Notes: a model not told the origin generated them from the letters alone. 64,000 bases of DNA from Spirochaetia bacterium (GCA_045606105.1 JAZURI010000011.1:32001-96000), one strand, 5' to 3'; counted from the stretch's first letter, positions 51,699 through 61,642 are shown. Translations and numbers: made by a program.

Positions 51699-52418
51699 CT
51701 AAACCAAAATCACGGGAACGGAAGCATCGGCAGTCACAGTACCCGGAACAACCCGGCAGTCCACAGCCATGATCCGTACCCCAGCCTCGGAAGCGGCTTT
51801 CAGGGCATCGGCAAAGGCAGGATCGGTTTCCCGGTTGGGTATAAAACGTCTGCACCCCTTCATCTGGATGACAATGAGAACCCCGCACAGGTATGAACCG
51901 GACAGAGCCAGCTCAGTCAGCTCCTTCACATGCTTTACCCCTCTTTCGGTGGGAGCATCGGGAAACATGGCCACACCGTCCCTTTCCAGAGTGCACCCCT
52001 TTACCTCCAGAAGCATTTTTCTTTCGGTACCTGAAACATCCCTGTATCTTATAAAGAAATCAAATCTGGATTTTCCGACCTTGAATTCGGGCCGGAGTTC
52101 AATGATTCCGGGAAAAAGCTCCCGGTTTCCGGAAATCCACTCTGCAGCAATCCTGTTGGGAGCCTGGCTGTCCATGTTTACGGGATTTGTACTGCCGTCC
52201 GGCATGATCTTTTCCACCGTAACCAGGTCAAAGGCTGTCTTTCTGGCAGGATTGCTTCCCCTTTCCAGGTAGACGGCCGCCCCGGGAACCAGCAGCTCCC
52301 TGCACCGCCCCGTATTCTTGACATGGACTGTCTCTTCCCGGCCGTCCAACAGGACACGGGCTATGAAGCGGTTGGGTCTGCTTATGAATTCTGCTTTAAC
52401 TATATTTTCATACTTCAT
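51699..52418 (-). CDS. sfsA: DNA/RNA nuclease SfsA
   Basis: RPNRF, HVKNTGR, SRFDF, EVKGCTL, FPDAPTERGVKH. Confidence 0.93.
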   Translation of the reverse strand: MKYENIVKAEFISRPNRFIARVLLDGREETVHVKNTGRCRELLVPGAAVYLERGSNPARKTAFDLVTVEKIMPDGSTNPVNMDSQAPNRIAAEWISGNRELFPGIIELRPEFKVGKSRFDFFIRYRDVSGTERKMLLEVKGCTLERDGVAMFPDAPTERGVKHVKELTELALSGSYLCGVLIVIQMKGCRRFIPNRETDPAFADALKAASEAGVRIMAVDCRVVPGTVTADASVPVILV

Positions 52419-52494
52419 GTTTTTTTATTGCCTAATCAAACCAAATCTGATAATTTCATTTATTATATATAAATTCAATTCCAAGGAAAAGCTT

Positions 52495-53721
52495 ATGTCA
52501 GGAAAGAAAATGCCGCTGGCCGTCAGAATCTTCATCGGTCTTACGGTAGGTATTGCCGCAGGTATCATACTTATAAACATTGACGGCGGTATTGAAATCG
52601 CAAACAAATATATCAAACCTTGGGGAACCATATTCCTTAATCTGCTGAAGTTCGTGGTTGTTCCGATAGTACTTCTTTCTATCATCTCGGGTGTAATTTC
52701 CATGAGGGATATACGCAAGGTGGGAAGCGTAGGTATCAAGACCCTGATCTACTATATAGTCACAACAGCATTTGCCATTGCACTGGCCCTTTTACTTTCC
52801 ACCCTGGCAAAGAGTATGCATATTTTTACTCCTATCAATACTTCGGATCTCGCCTATAAAGCTCCTGCAAATCAGGATTTTATCACCACTATCATTAACC
52901 TTTTTCCGTCTAACATAGTAGCACCGCTTCTTAACGCCAACATGCTTCAGGTAATCATGGTTGCCCTTTTCATAGGATTCGGGATCCTGTCTGTGGGAGA
53001 AAAAGGAAAACCGGCTGCTGCTGTCATCGAAAGCTTCAACGAGGTTTTTGTCAATATTATCGATACCATCCTGAATATAAGCCCTTTCGCGGTCGCATGT
53101 CTCATCTGCCCGGTGGTAGCTGCAAACGGAGCCGACATTCTAGGGAACCTTGCGATTGTCATACTGGTCACATACATCGGATACATAACTCATGCCGCAG
53201 TGGTATACTCGATAACAGTAAAGACACTGGGAAATATTTCTCCGCTGAAATTCTTCAAGGAAATGATTCCTGCCATAATCTTTGCATTCTCCTCATCATC
53301 TTCCGTAAGTACACTTCCTATCAACAGGGAATGTACCGAAAAGCTGGGTGCTGACAAGAATATCACATCTTTCGTTCTTCCTCTGGGAGCAACCATAAAC
53401 ATGGATGGAACTGCAATCTACCAGGGAGTATGTGCCGTATTTATCGCATGCTGCTTCGGAATCGACCTGACCTTGTGGCAGATGATTACCATTATCATCA
53501 CCACTACCCTGGCTTCTGTGGGAACTGCAGGTGTACCGGGAGCCGGAGTGATAATGCTGACCATGGTTCTTCAGAGTGTTAACATACCGCTGGAGGGAAT
53601 TGCCATTGTAGCCGGAGTAGACCGTATCTTTGACATGGGACGTACCGTAATCAACATTACAGGGGATGCCGCATGTACCATAGTAGTTTCGGGACTGGAG
53701 AAAAAATCAGAAAAAATTTGA
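52495..53721 (+). CDS. Dicarboxylate/amino acid:cation symporter (DAACS)
   Basis: FSSSSS, LGATINMDGT, ASVGTAGVPG, DRIFDMGRT..N..GD; start at ATG 52495. Confidence 0.93.
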   Translation: MSGKKMPLAVRIFIGLTVGIAAGIILINIDGGIEIANKYIKPWGTIFLNLLKFVVVPIVLLSIISGVISMRDIRKVGSVGIKTLIYYIVTTAFAIALALLLSTLAKSMHIFTPINTSDLAYKAPANQDFITTIINLFPSNIVAPLLNANMLQVIMVALFIGFGILSVGEKGKPAAAVIESFNEVFVNIIDTILNISPFAVACLICPVVAANGADILGNLAIVILVTYIGYITHAAVVYSITVKTLGNISPLKFFKEMIPAIIFAFSSSSSVSTLPINRECTEKLGADKNITSFVLPLGATINMDGTAIYQGVCAVFIACCFGIDLTLWQMITIIITTTLASVGTAGVPGAGVIMLTMVLQSVNIPLEGIAIVAGVDRIFDMGRTVINITGDAACTIVVSGLEKKSEKI

Positions 53722-53728
53722 TGCTGAA

Positions 53729-54913
53729 TCAGCCTTTGGTCTGCTTCCTTCCGTGGAAAAACCAGTAAACCGGCAGAGCAATAAAGGAAAGAAAAGCCCC
53801 TGCAAAATAGAGGGCATGAAAGCCTGAAGCCTCTGCCACAAATCCCAGAAGAGCAGGCGCCACCCCTACTCCCAGATCGGAAAAGGCCCAGTATGTGGTA
53901 ACGGCAAAAGGACGGCGTTCATTATCCACCTGCCGGTTAACAATGACATTCAGAGTGGAATTAAGGGTTCCGTATCCCAGAGCGCCGCATACGGCACAGA
54001 TTACAATGGTTGCCATACAGGGTTTCCAGGCCAGAAGTGCTATACCTACAGCCTGTGCCGTGATACAGGGATAACAGATTATATTATCACCGTAAATATC
54101 CTGAAGCTTTCCTGCAAACGGACGGGAAAATACAAGTACTCCGGCATATATCAGGAAAAAGTATGAAAACTCCTCTGCCATATCCAGATATACGGCATAA
54201 AGACGATAGAATGACATGAGGGCCGCATAACCGAAGCAGAGAAAGAAGATACAGAGAGAAACAGGAACTGCCTTCGGCTCCAGCAGGGAAAGGATTGAAA
54301 AAGGCTTTTTTTCTGCAGGAGAAGGATTATTACGAGTCTCATACCATGGATCGATACTGCGGGTTTCGGCCCCTGAAATGAAAATTACAATCAGCAGCGA
54401 AAGAACAGAAGCTGTAATGAAGCAGCCGTTGCCTCCGAAGAAATCATATATAAGACCGCCGAAGAAAGGGCCCAGGGCAATACCGAGAGCAGTAGAAAGC
54501 ATGAAATAGCCGGCTGCCTCACCGAAACGGCTTTTGGGAAGAGAGGCCATCCCAATCAGCATTATGGCATTGGCGGTAGCACCGAATCCGATTCCGTGTA
54601 TGAATCTGATAATCATGAGCCAGAGCGCATTTCCGGCCAGCATATAGCAGCTGCCGGCGATGAAGTGAAGGACACCGAAAACCAGGGCCACATGCTTCCA
54701 GCCGTATTTTTTCATGACCGAACCGGAAAACATACGGGAGACAAGCCCTCCCACTACATAAATCCCGGAAATGAAACCGGCAAGAGAAGCAGCAACTCCC
54801 ATTCCGGCAGCATATTCGGTAACGGTGGACATCATTGTATACAAAACCAGGGCCAGACAGAGCTGTGCCATGAAAGTACAGATAAAATTCCGGGTTACAA
54901 TTCTTTCCTTCAT
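53729..54913 (-). CDS. MFS transporter
   Basis: About 12 TM helices; RFIHGIGFG, RPFAGKLQDIYG. Confidence 0.88.
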   Translation of the reverse strand: MKERIVTRNFICTFMAQLCLALVLYTMMSTVTEYAAGMGVAASLAGFISGIYVVGGLVSRMFSGSVMKKYGWKHVALVFGVLHFIAGSCYMLAGNALWLMIIRFIHGIGFGATANAIMLIGMASLPKSRFGEAAGYFMLSTALGIALGPFFGGLIYDFFGGNGCFITASVLSLLIVIFISGAETRSIDPWYETRNNPSPAEKKPFSILSLLEPKAVPVSLCIFFLCFGYAALMSFYRLYAVYLDMAEEFSYFFLIYAGVLVFSRPFAGKLQDIYGDNIICYPCITAQAVGIALLAWKPCMATIVICAVCGALGYGTLNSTLNVIVNRQVDNERRPFAVTTYWAFSDLGVGVAPALLGFVAEASGFHALYFAGAFLSFIALPVYWFFHGRKQTKG

Positions 54914-54980
54914 AATGGGGCATTATAGCAGAAAACAGTTTTTTTGTTTAATAAGATATGAAAGGAAAAAGATGTCAGAA

Positions 54981-55021
54981 AAGGGAAATTAGGGGAAATT
55001 AGTGGAAAATTTCCCCTAATT
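54981..55021. repeat. Tandem 10-bp repeats and a perfect 14-bp inverted repeat upstream of the Fic promoter
   Basis: AAGGGAAATT/AGGGGAAATT/AGTGGAAAAT; AATTAGGGGAAATT (54987-55000), N7, AATTTCCCCTAATT (55008-55021). Confidence 0.85.
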
Positions 55022-55024
55022 CAG

Positions 55025-55053
55025 TTGTCAGTACACGAATTAGATGATATATT
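55025..55053 (+). promoter_or_regulatory. Sigma70-type promoter of fic (leaderless)
   Basis: TTGTCA-17-TATATT, 6 nt before ATG 55060. Confidence 0.65.
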
Positions 55054-55059
55054 TAAAAC

Positions 55060-56361
55060 ATGATTGAAAAAACACCCAAAAACAAAGATGTTACTTTTCA
55101 AAAAATATCTGAAATTCTGCTGAATCCCGAATATCGGGCAAATCTTGAGGAAATAGAAAAAGAATATCTTTATTGGGACAAGGCAAAGTTTTATAAGCCG
55201 CAGAAAATAAATGACCATGATTACTGGGCAGCAATAAAATTTTCAAGAATAGGTGAATCTGTTTCATTTCATAATAAAGTTTTCAAATTCAGAATAACTA
55301 AATATATGCAGAAATATCTCCATGATTTTGATATGTATTCCGGAGGCACACTCCCGTCAGCTGATATAATCTCACAGAAAAAAAGGCAATATTATCTGCT
55401 TAGTTCTCTGATGGAAGAAGCTATTGCATCCAGCCAGATGGAGGGGGCAAATACCACAAGAAAAATCGCAAAAGATATGCTCAGAAAAAAATCAAAGCCA
55501 TGCAACAAAGATCAACAGATGATTGTAAACAATTATAACACAATAAGATTTTTGTCTGAAAACAAAGATAGGAGCCTTTCCCCAGAGTTCCTGTCTGAAA
55601 TACACAAAAAAATTTCAGAGCACACACTTGAAAATCCTTTGGATGAAGGAAATTTCAGAACTGATGACAATATAGTTGTCATGGATGCCCTTCAGGGAGA
55701 AATTGCACATACCCCGCCAATACATACAGAAATAAAACAATACATTACGGATTTATGTAATTTTGCCAATAATGATGATCAGTACATACATCCGGTGGTT
55801 AAAGCAATCATCATTCATTTTATGATTTCATATCTGCACCCGTTTACTGACGGAAACGGAAGGACAGCCCGTTCATTATTCTATTGGTATATGCTGAAAA
55901 AAGGATATTGGTTTACAGAATTTCTTTCCATCTCAAGGATTATTTACAAAAGTAAAAGGCAATATGAACGCTCTTTCTTATATGTAGAAAACGATGATAT
56001 GGATTTAGGATATTTCATCAATTATAATATAAAAATAATCGATAAATCACTTAATGATCTGAAAGAATACCTGAACAGAAAAACTCTGGAAGAAGAATCT
56101 CTTCTTAAGTTTAAAATCATTGATGATATAAACGAGAGACAGGCCGGAATCTTAAAAATTGCCTCTGAGAGACCATCTACAATTTTTATTGCAAAAGAGC
56201 TGGAAACCATATTTTCTGTTTCGGTAAAAACAATCAGAAACGACCTGAAAAAATTAACCGAAGCGGGTTTTCTGGATATTGTACCGTTAAATCTTCGTTT
56301 ACAAGGATATGTAAGAAGTAAACATTTTGAAGAAAAAATAAAGTTCCTAAAAGAAAACTGA
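55060..56361 (+). CDS. Fic family protein with C-terminal winged HTH
   Basis: HPFTDGNGRTAR catalytic motif, SSQMEG inhibitory motif, C-terminal FSVSVKTIRNDLKKL; visibly AT-rich. Confidence 0.93.
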   Translation: MIEKTPKNKDVTFQKISEILLNPEYRANLEEIEKEYLYWDKAKFYKPQKINDHDYWAAIKFSRIGESVSFHNKVFKFRITKYMQKYLHDFDMYSGGTLPSADIISQKKRQYYLLSSLMEEAIASSQMEGANTTRKIAKDMLRKKSKPCNKDQQMIVNNYNTIRFLSENKDRSLSPEFLSEIHKKISEHTLENPLDEGNFRTDDNIVVMDALQGEIAHTPPIHTEIKQYITDLCNFANNDDQYIHPVVKAIIIHFMISYLHPFTDGNGRTARSLFYWYMLKKGYWFTEFLSISRIIYKSKRQYERSFLYVENDDMDLGYFINYNIKIIDKSLNDLKEYLNRKTLEEESLLKFKIIDDINERQAGILKIASERPSTIFIAKELETIFSVSVKTIRNDLKKLTEAGFLDIVPLNLRLQGYVRSKHFEEKIKFLKEN

Positions 56362-56364
56362 ATT

Positions 56365-56398
56365 AAAAAAGGCTGCCTTTTCAGACAGCCTTTATTTT
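56365..56398. terminator. Probably bidirectional terminator between fic and gpmI
   Basis: A6-GGCTGCCT-TTTC-AGACAGCC-TTTATTTT. Confidence 0.75.
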
Positions 56399-58055
56399 AT
56401 TTCATGTTGATGATTGACTTGTCGTATTCCTCAGGCGGGAAATAACCCATGAGGCTGAGCAGGGTTGCAGGCCATGAGCTGATTCCAAGGCCTTCGTTCA
56501 GGTTCTCGGTATCATATTCACCCTGATATTCAGGGTCGTAGATAATGGCCGGCACCAGGTTCAGGGAATGGGAGGTCTTGGTTCTCGGTTCCCCGTTCTC
56601 GTCAGTCTTGATTCTTCCGTCCTTGGCGTGGACAAACATGTCGTCGGAGTTTCCGTGATCTGCTGTAAGGCACAGGATTCCCCCTGCCTCCTCAATGGCA
56701 GCCTTCAGACGACCCAGCTGCAGGTCAAGAGCCTCCATGGAGCAGACTACGGCATTGAATACTCCGGTATGTCCCACCATATCTCCGTTGGGATAATTGA
56801 GGCGGATATGCTCATATTTTCCTGATTTAATTGCTTCTATTACCTTGTCGGTGATTTCGGCACACTTCATCCACGGTCTCTGCTCGAACGGAACCACATC
56901 GGACGGTACCTCTACATAATCCTCCAGCTCCTCGCTGAATTTGCCTTGTCTGTTTCCGTTGAAGAAATAGGTAACATGGCCGAATTTCTGGGTTTCGCTG
57001 ATTGCCATAAGGTGAACTCCGCTGTTTGTCAGATATTCTCCCATGGTACGGTCTATGCATGGCGGGCTTACCAGGAACTGTGCAGGAATATGGGCATCTC
57101 CGTCATATTCCATCATTCCGGCATACTCAACCGCAGGTACTCTCTTTCTGTCGAAGTACGGGAAATCTCCCTCTGCCGGGGTCTCAAAGGCGGCTGTCAT
57201 TTCCAGTGCACGGTCTCCCCTGAAATTGAAAAGAACAACGCTGTCGCCGTCATTTATGGTTCCTACCGGCTTTCCGTTTTCGGTAATGACAAATTCATGC
57301 ATATCCTGATCCAGAAGCTCAGGATTTTCCTTCCGATAGGTCTCAATGGCCTCTGCTGCGCTGCTGAAAGCTCTTCCCTCCCCCAGCACATGGGTATACC
57401 ATCCCCGCTGAACCATGCTCCAGTCTGCATTGTAGCGGTCCATGGTCAGGTACATACGTCCTCCGCCGCTGGCAATCCGGTAATCACGGTATACAAATGA
57501 AGCAAGATACTCCTCAAGAGGTCTGATATAATCAAGGGCACTGACAGGATCCACATCACGACCGTCAAGAACGGCATGGACACGGAGCTTTTCGATACCT
57601 TCCTTGTCTGCCTGTGCAATCATGGCCTTCAGATGATCTATATGTGAATGAACGTTTCCGTCTGAAACAAGTCCGATAAAATGAAGTACGGAGTCCTTTC
57701 TGATAACATTGAGGGTAAGCTTCTGCCAGGTCTTGTCCCTGAACATGCTGCCCGAAGTGATGGAATCGCTTACCAGCTTGGCACCCTGGGCGAAAACCCG
57801 TCCGCAGCCCATGGCATTGTGTCCTACCTCGCTGTTTCCCATATCGCTGTCCCCCGGAAGCCCGACTGCTGTTCCGTGAGCCTTCAGCTTGGTGAAAGGG
57901 CTGTTTGCCATAAACCAGTTCAGATACTTCATACGGGCTGCCTGAACCGCATCACCTTCAACATATTTTCCGCATCCCACACCATCCATTACAACCAGGA
58001 CTACAGGACCGCGGCGTCCCTTCCATGCAGGATTTTTACTTAATACTTCTTTCAT
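56397..58055 (-). CDS. gpmI: 2,3-bisphosphoglycerate-independent phosphoglycerate mutase
   Basis: VMDGVG, MGNSEVGH, SDGNVHS, NFRGDR, DMVGHTG, TADHGN. Confidence 0.96.
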   Translation of the reverse strand: MKEVLSKNPAWKGRRGPVVLVVMDGVGCGKYVEGDAVQAARMKYLNWFMANSPFTKLKAHGTAVGLPGDSDMGNSEVGHNAMGCGRVFAQGAKLVSDSITSGSMFRDKTWQKLTLNVIRKDSVLHFIGLVSDGNVHSHIDHLKAMIAQADKEGIEKLRVHAVLDGRDVDPVSALDYIRPLEEYLASFVYRDYRIASGGGRMYLTMDRYNADWSMVQRGWYTHVLGEGRAFSSAAEAIETYRKENPELLDQDMHEFVITENGKPVGTINDGDSVVLFNFRGDRALEMTAAFETPAEGDFPYFDRKRVPAVEYAGMMEYDGDAHIPAQFLVSPPCIDRTMGEYLTNSGVHLMAISETQKFGHVTYFFNGNRQGKFSEELEDYVEVPSDVVPFEQRPWMKCAEITDKVIEAIKSGKYEHIRLNYPNGDMVGHTGVFNAVVCSMEALDLQLGRLKAAIEEAGGILCLTADHGNSDDMFVHAKDGRIKTDENGEPRTKTSHSLNLVPAIIYDPEYQGEYDTENLNEGLGISSWPATLLSLMGYFPPEEYDKSIINMK

Positions 58056-58153
58056 ACTTAAAATATATACGATTTTCCGCGGTTTTACAATGATTGATTT
58101 ACCTTACTTTTATCTTGACTTTTATATATTAAAAAATATAATGACTATTCCTT

Positions 58154-59497
58154 ATGAAAGCAGTTTCGGATTTTACCCAAGGCAGAATTCTTTTTCCTCT
58201 GATAAAATTTACCCTTCCTTTGATGCTGGCTATCTTTCTCCAGACCATGTACGGGGCAATCGACCTGCTGGTGGTGGGTCAGTTCGGAACTGCGGCTGAT
58301 GTGTCGGCCATCTCCACAGGCTCCTATATAATGATGGCGATAACCTTTATCATTGCAGATACGGCAATGGGGCTGACCATTCTCCTGGGACGGAAGATCG
58401 GGGCAAGGGAAACCGAAGAGGCAGGTAATGTTATCGGCTCGGGAATTCTCCTTTTTACAGTAATTTCACTGATAATCACAGTCGTGATGCTTCTTTCCGC
58501 ACCTCTTCTTTCAAGAGCCATGATGATACCGGACGAAGCCTTTGCTTCATGCAACAACTATACCAGGATCTGCTCCTCAGGGGCTCTCTTCATAGTAGGC
58601 TATAACCTGATAGGGGCAATTTTCCGAGGTCTGGGAAATTCCAGGCTTCCGCTGATAGTAGTTGCCATTGCCTGCTTTTTCAATATAGTCGGGGATCTGA
58701 TTTTTGTGGCAGTTTTTGGCATGGGAGCTGAAGGAGCTGCCCTGGCTACGGTAATTTCCCAGGGTCTCAGCGTGATTATCTCTTTTTTCATTGTAAAAAA
58801 GATGAAAAAGCCTTTTTCCTTCGGCATCCATTCACTCAGGTGGAACAGGCTTTATAACAATACTGTTCTCAGACTCGGTTTTCCTCTGGCAATCCAGGAA
58901 ATAATGGTAAATGTTTCATATCTGGTAATTGCCGCAATAGTAAACACCTTCGGAGTGATTCCTTCTGCCGGGGTAGGAATTGCCGACAAGCTGGTAGGCT
59001 TCATATTCATTGTTCCGGTAAGCTTTATGCAGGCCATGGCTGCCTTTGTTGCACAGAATCATGGGGCAAGGAAGCCTGAAAGGGCTGAAAAGGCACTGGT
59101 TTACGGTATAGAATGCTCGATTTTACTGGGATTGATGATCGGATACATGACATTTTTCCACGGAGACCATTTCCTGCGCCTCTTCTCTCCGGACCATCAG
59201 ATTATAGCGGTGGGATTTGAATATCTGAGAGCATTCTCCCTTGAATGCCTTATCATAGCGGTTCTTTTCTCGTTCCTGGGATATTTCAACGGAATGGGAA
59301 AAACAAACTTTGTCATGTGGCAGGGAATATCAGGAGCGACTCTGGCAAGAATACCTCTGGCATTCCTTATAAACGCACTGATGCCGGGTAACATTTTCAT
59401 GCTGACCCTGGCTATACCGTTTTCATCCTTTCTGCAGATTATCCTGTGCATCTTCTACATGAAGAGATTAAAGCGGAAGCAAGCTCAACAATCTTAG
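58154..59497 (+). CDS. MATE family efflux transporter
   Basis: DFTQG.I..., YGAIDLLVVG, FRGLGNSRLPL, GAALATVISQ; 12 TM helices. Confidence 0.92.
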   Translation: MKAVSDFTQGRILFPLIKFTLPLMLAIFLQTMYGAIDLLVVGQFGTAADVSAISTGSYIMMAITFIIADTAMGLTILLGRKIGARETEEAGNVIGSGILLFTVISLIITVVMLLSAPLLSRAMMIPDEAFASCNNYTRICSSGALFIVGYNLIGAIFRGLGNSRLPLIVVAIACFFNIVGDLIFVAVFGMGAEGAALATVISQGLSVIISFFIVKKMKKPFSFGIHSLRWNRLYNNTVLRLGFPLAIQEIMVNVSYLVIAAIVNTFGVIPSAGVGIADKLVGFIFIVPVSFMQAMAAFVAQNHGARKPERAEKALVYGIECSILLGLMIGYMTFFHGDHFLRLFSPDHQIIAVGFEYLRAFSLECLIIAVLFSFLGYFNGMGKTNFVMWQGISGATLARIPLAFLINALMPGNIFMLTLAIPFSSFLQIILCIFYMKRLKRKQAQQS

Positions 59498-60311
59498 AGG
59501 GTGAAAGGATTTCTCCCCTGTCTCCCGGCTTCACCCCTACCGATTCGCAGGCAGCCTGAACATTTTCCGCACCGAAATGACGGAGATTGTTGAGAATAGT
59601 CTTTCTTCTTGAAGAAAAGATATCACGGATTATTCCCAGAACCTCTTTCCTGTTTTCCATGGTAAAGAAATCATCCCTGGGGCTGAAGGTCACTATTCCG
59701 GAAACCACTTCAGGTACGGGATAGAAGCATCCCCCCTTGATATCCCCTTTATAAGCCACATCGCAGGAGAGCTGGCACAGAACCGAAAATGAGGAATAAT
59801 CACTGCATCCCGGCTTTGCCGCAATACGCTGTCCCGCCTCCTTCTGGACGGTAAAAACCATCTCCGGAGCCAGACAATCCCCTTCAATCAGGGAGCTGAT
59901 CATTGCAGAAGCGCTGTTATAGGGAAGATTACCGAAAATGACATCCGGCTTTCCGTATTTTTCAAAAATACCTTTCCATGTCTTCACCATATCCCCTTCC
60001 GCAATCTCGAAACCGGGATTGGCACCGAACTGCTCTCCGAGAAATGAAATATAGCCCCTGTCGATCTCAAAAACCACAAGACGACCTGTATCCCCCACCC
60101 TTTTCAGGGCCATGGAGGTCATGGAGCCCAGACCGCCGCCGATTTCCCAGACATAGCTTCCCTCTTTTATGTTGACGAAGCTGAGAACCTTTTCACGGGC
60201 TGAAGGAGAAATCATGAAGTTCTGACCGAATTTCTTGGTGGGGCTGAGTCCCCTTTCCTTAAGGAGGGCACATATTTCACTTTTTGAATCGTAGTTCAAC
60301 GGTATCTGCAT
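59439..60311 (-). CDS. rsmA: 16S rRNA adenine dimethyltransferase
   Basis: KKFGQNF, EIGGGLG, GNLPY, QKE, FYPVPEV.S, RRKTILNNL. Confidence 0.95.
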   Translation of the reverse strand: MQIPLNYDSKSEICALLKERGLSPTKKFGQNFMISPSAREKVLSFVNIKEGSYVWEIGGGLGSMTSMALKRVGDTGRLVVFEIDRGYISFLGEQFGANPGFEIAEGDMVKTWKGIFEKYGKPDVIFGNLPYNSASAMISSLIEGDCLAPEMVFTVQKEAGQRIAAKPGCSDYSSFSVLCQLSCDVAYKGDIKGGCFYPVPEVVSGIVTFSPRDDFFTMENRKEVLGIIRDIFSSRRKTILNNLRHFGAENVQAACESVGVKPGDRGEILSPSKIVELASALISSCRRCTG

Positions 60312-61642
60312 GGAAAACATATCAATACAATAACAATTAACTGAAAAAATAGTAATACCCCGAAGGAAATATTTCCGTTTAAAGGTAGCCCCGGAACCAT
60401 GGCTGCCGTATCGGTGATAAGGTAGATTCCTCGGGTAAGAAGGGCAAAAAGCTGCTGCTCAAAGGGAAAAAGGGGGAGAAATACACAGGCAAGCCCGGCG
60501 CACATGTAAACAGTCACCAGCGGAGAAACGACCATGGAGGCGATAATCCCGGCGGGATAGATAATACCGAAATTCCACAGCACCACGGCCGATGTCATTA
60601 TCACGGCACCCAGGGAACAGGCTATGGCAGAGCCCACATACCGGGCCAGGGGCTTGGTCAGGATCAGTATGCCGGCAAGCGCCAGAAACGAAAGCTGAAA
60701 GGAAATGGAAAAGAAGTATGAAGGAAAAATCATCAGTGAAACAGAGTATGCAAAAAAAAGTACCTGAAGCAGATCGGTCTTACGGCCGGTCATCTTTCCC
60801 AGAGAAACAATGAAAAACATCAGCACGGCCCGGAAAAGGGAGGGAGAGATGCCGGCAAGCAGTAGATAGAGTACATTTATCACATTTACAGCAATCAGCG
60901 ACGGGATGGGACCGGCCACCCTGCGGGCCAGAAAGAAGACGAAAAAAGAAATGATACCCAGATGCATGCCGGAAAGGGCCAGCACATGGGAAAGTCCTGC
61001 CATCCGGAACTTATCCCGTATCTCTACCGGCAGATGATCCCGGTTTCCCAGGAAAAGGGCCTCTGCCAGGGAGCTTTCCCGGCCGAACACCCGGTTTATC
61101 TTTTCGGTAAAACAGGCAACGCCCCTTTTACGAAGCCGGAAGAATGGGCCGGGGACTCCCGCAGAGGAAGCTTTTCCGGCGGAAAAGCTTGATCCGTCCC
61201 TGCCGGGACGGACCTTTTCAAAGCATACACTTTCGCCCCAGAAGAATTTTTCCCCACGGGCAAATACCGTTATTTCGGCAGGGTACTCCATAAAAAGGTT
61301 GCCGCAGACGATACGGGTTACCGACAGGTCGTAAAGGTAGCTTCCTCCCGATATCATCCTTCCGTCTCCCTTCAGGACACCCTCCACTGCCGTGATATTT
61401 TTAAGTCCGGGAGGAAGCCCCTTTGCTGCAGGCTCGTACCTTACGGCTGTAATCCCGGCGGAAACCAATCCCCATATAATGAAAACTGCAAGCCTCTGAC
61501 AACGGAGAACCTTTTTGTTCAGAATCCATGCAGCTCCGGAAAAAATGATGAGCCACGGAAAGAACAGCCCCCTGTCCGTAAAGAACAGGGGAACTGAACT
61601 AAAAAGAATGACTATGTAGGGTAGAAAATTTATTACGCCCAC
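60296..61642 (-). CDS. comEC: ComEC/Rec2 competence-domain membrane protein
   Basis: ALFLG, GLSHVLALSGMHLG, SPSLFRA, SFQLSF; no beta-lactamase domain. Confidence 0.88.
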   Translation of the reverse strand: MGVINFLPYIVILFSSVPLFFTDRGLFFPWLIIFSGAAWILNKKVLRCQRLAVFIIWGLVSAGITAVRYEPAAKGLPPGLKNITAVEGVLKGDGRMISGGSYLYDLSVTRIVCGNLFMEYPAEITVFARGEKFFWGESVCFEKVRPGRDGSSFSAGKASSAGVPGPFFRLRKRGVACFTEKINRVFGRESSLAEALFLGNRDHLPVEIRDKFRMAGLSHVLALSGMHLGIISFFVFFLARRVAGPIPSLIAVNVINVLYLLLAGISPSLFRAVLMFFIVSLGKMTGRKTDLLQVLFFAYSVSLMIFPSYFFSISFQLSFLALAGILILTKPLARYVGSAIACSLGAVIMTSAVVLWNFGIIYPAGIIASMVVSPLVTVYMCAGLACVFLPLFPFEQQLFALLTRGIYLITDTAAMVPGLPLNGNISFGVLLFFQLIVIVLICFPCRYR

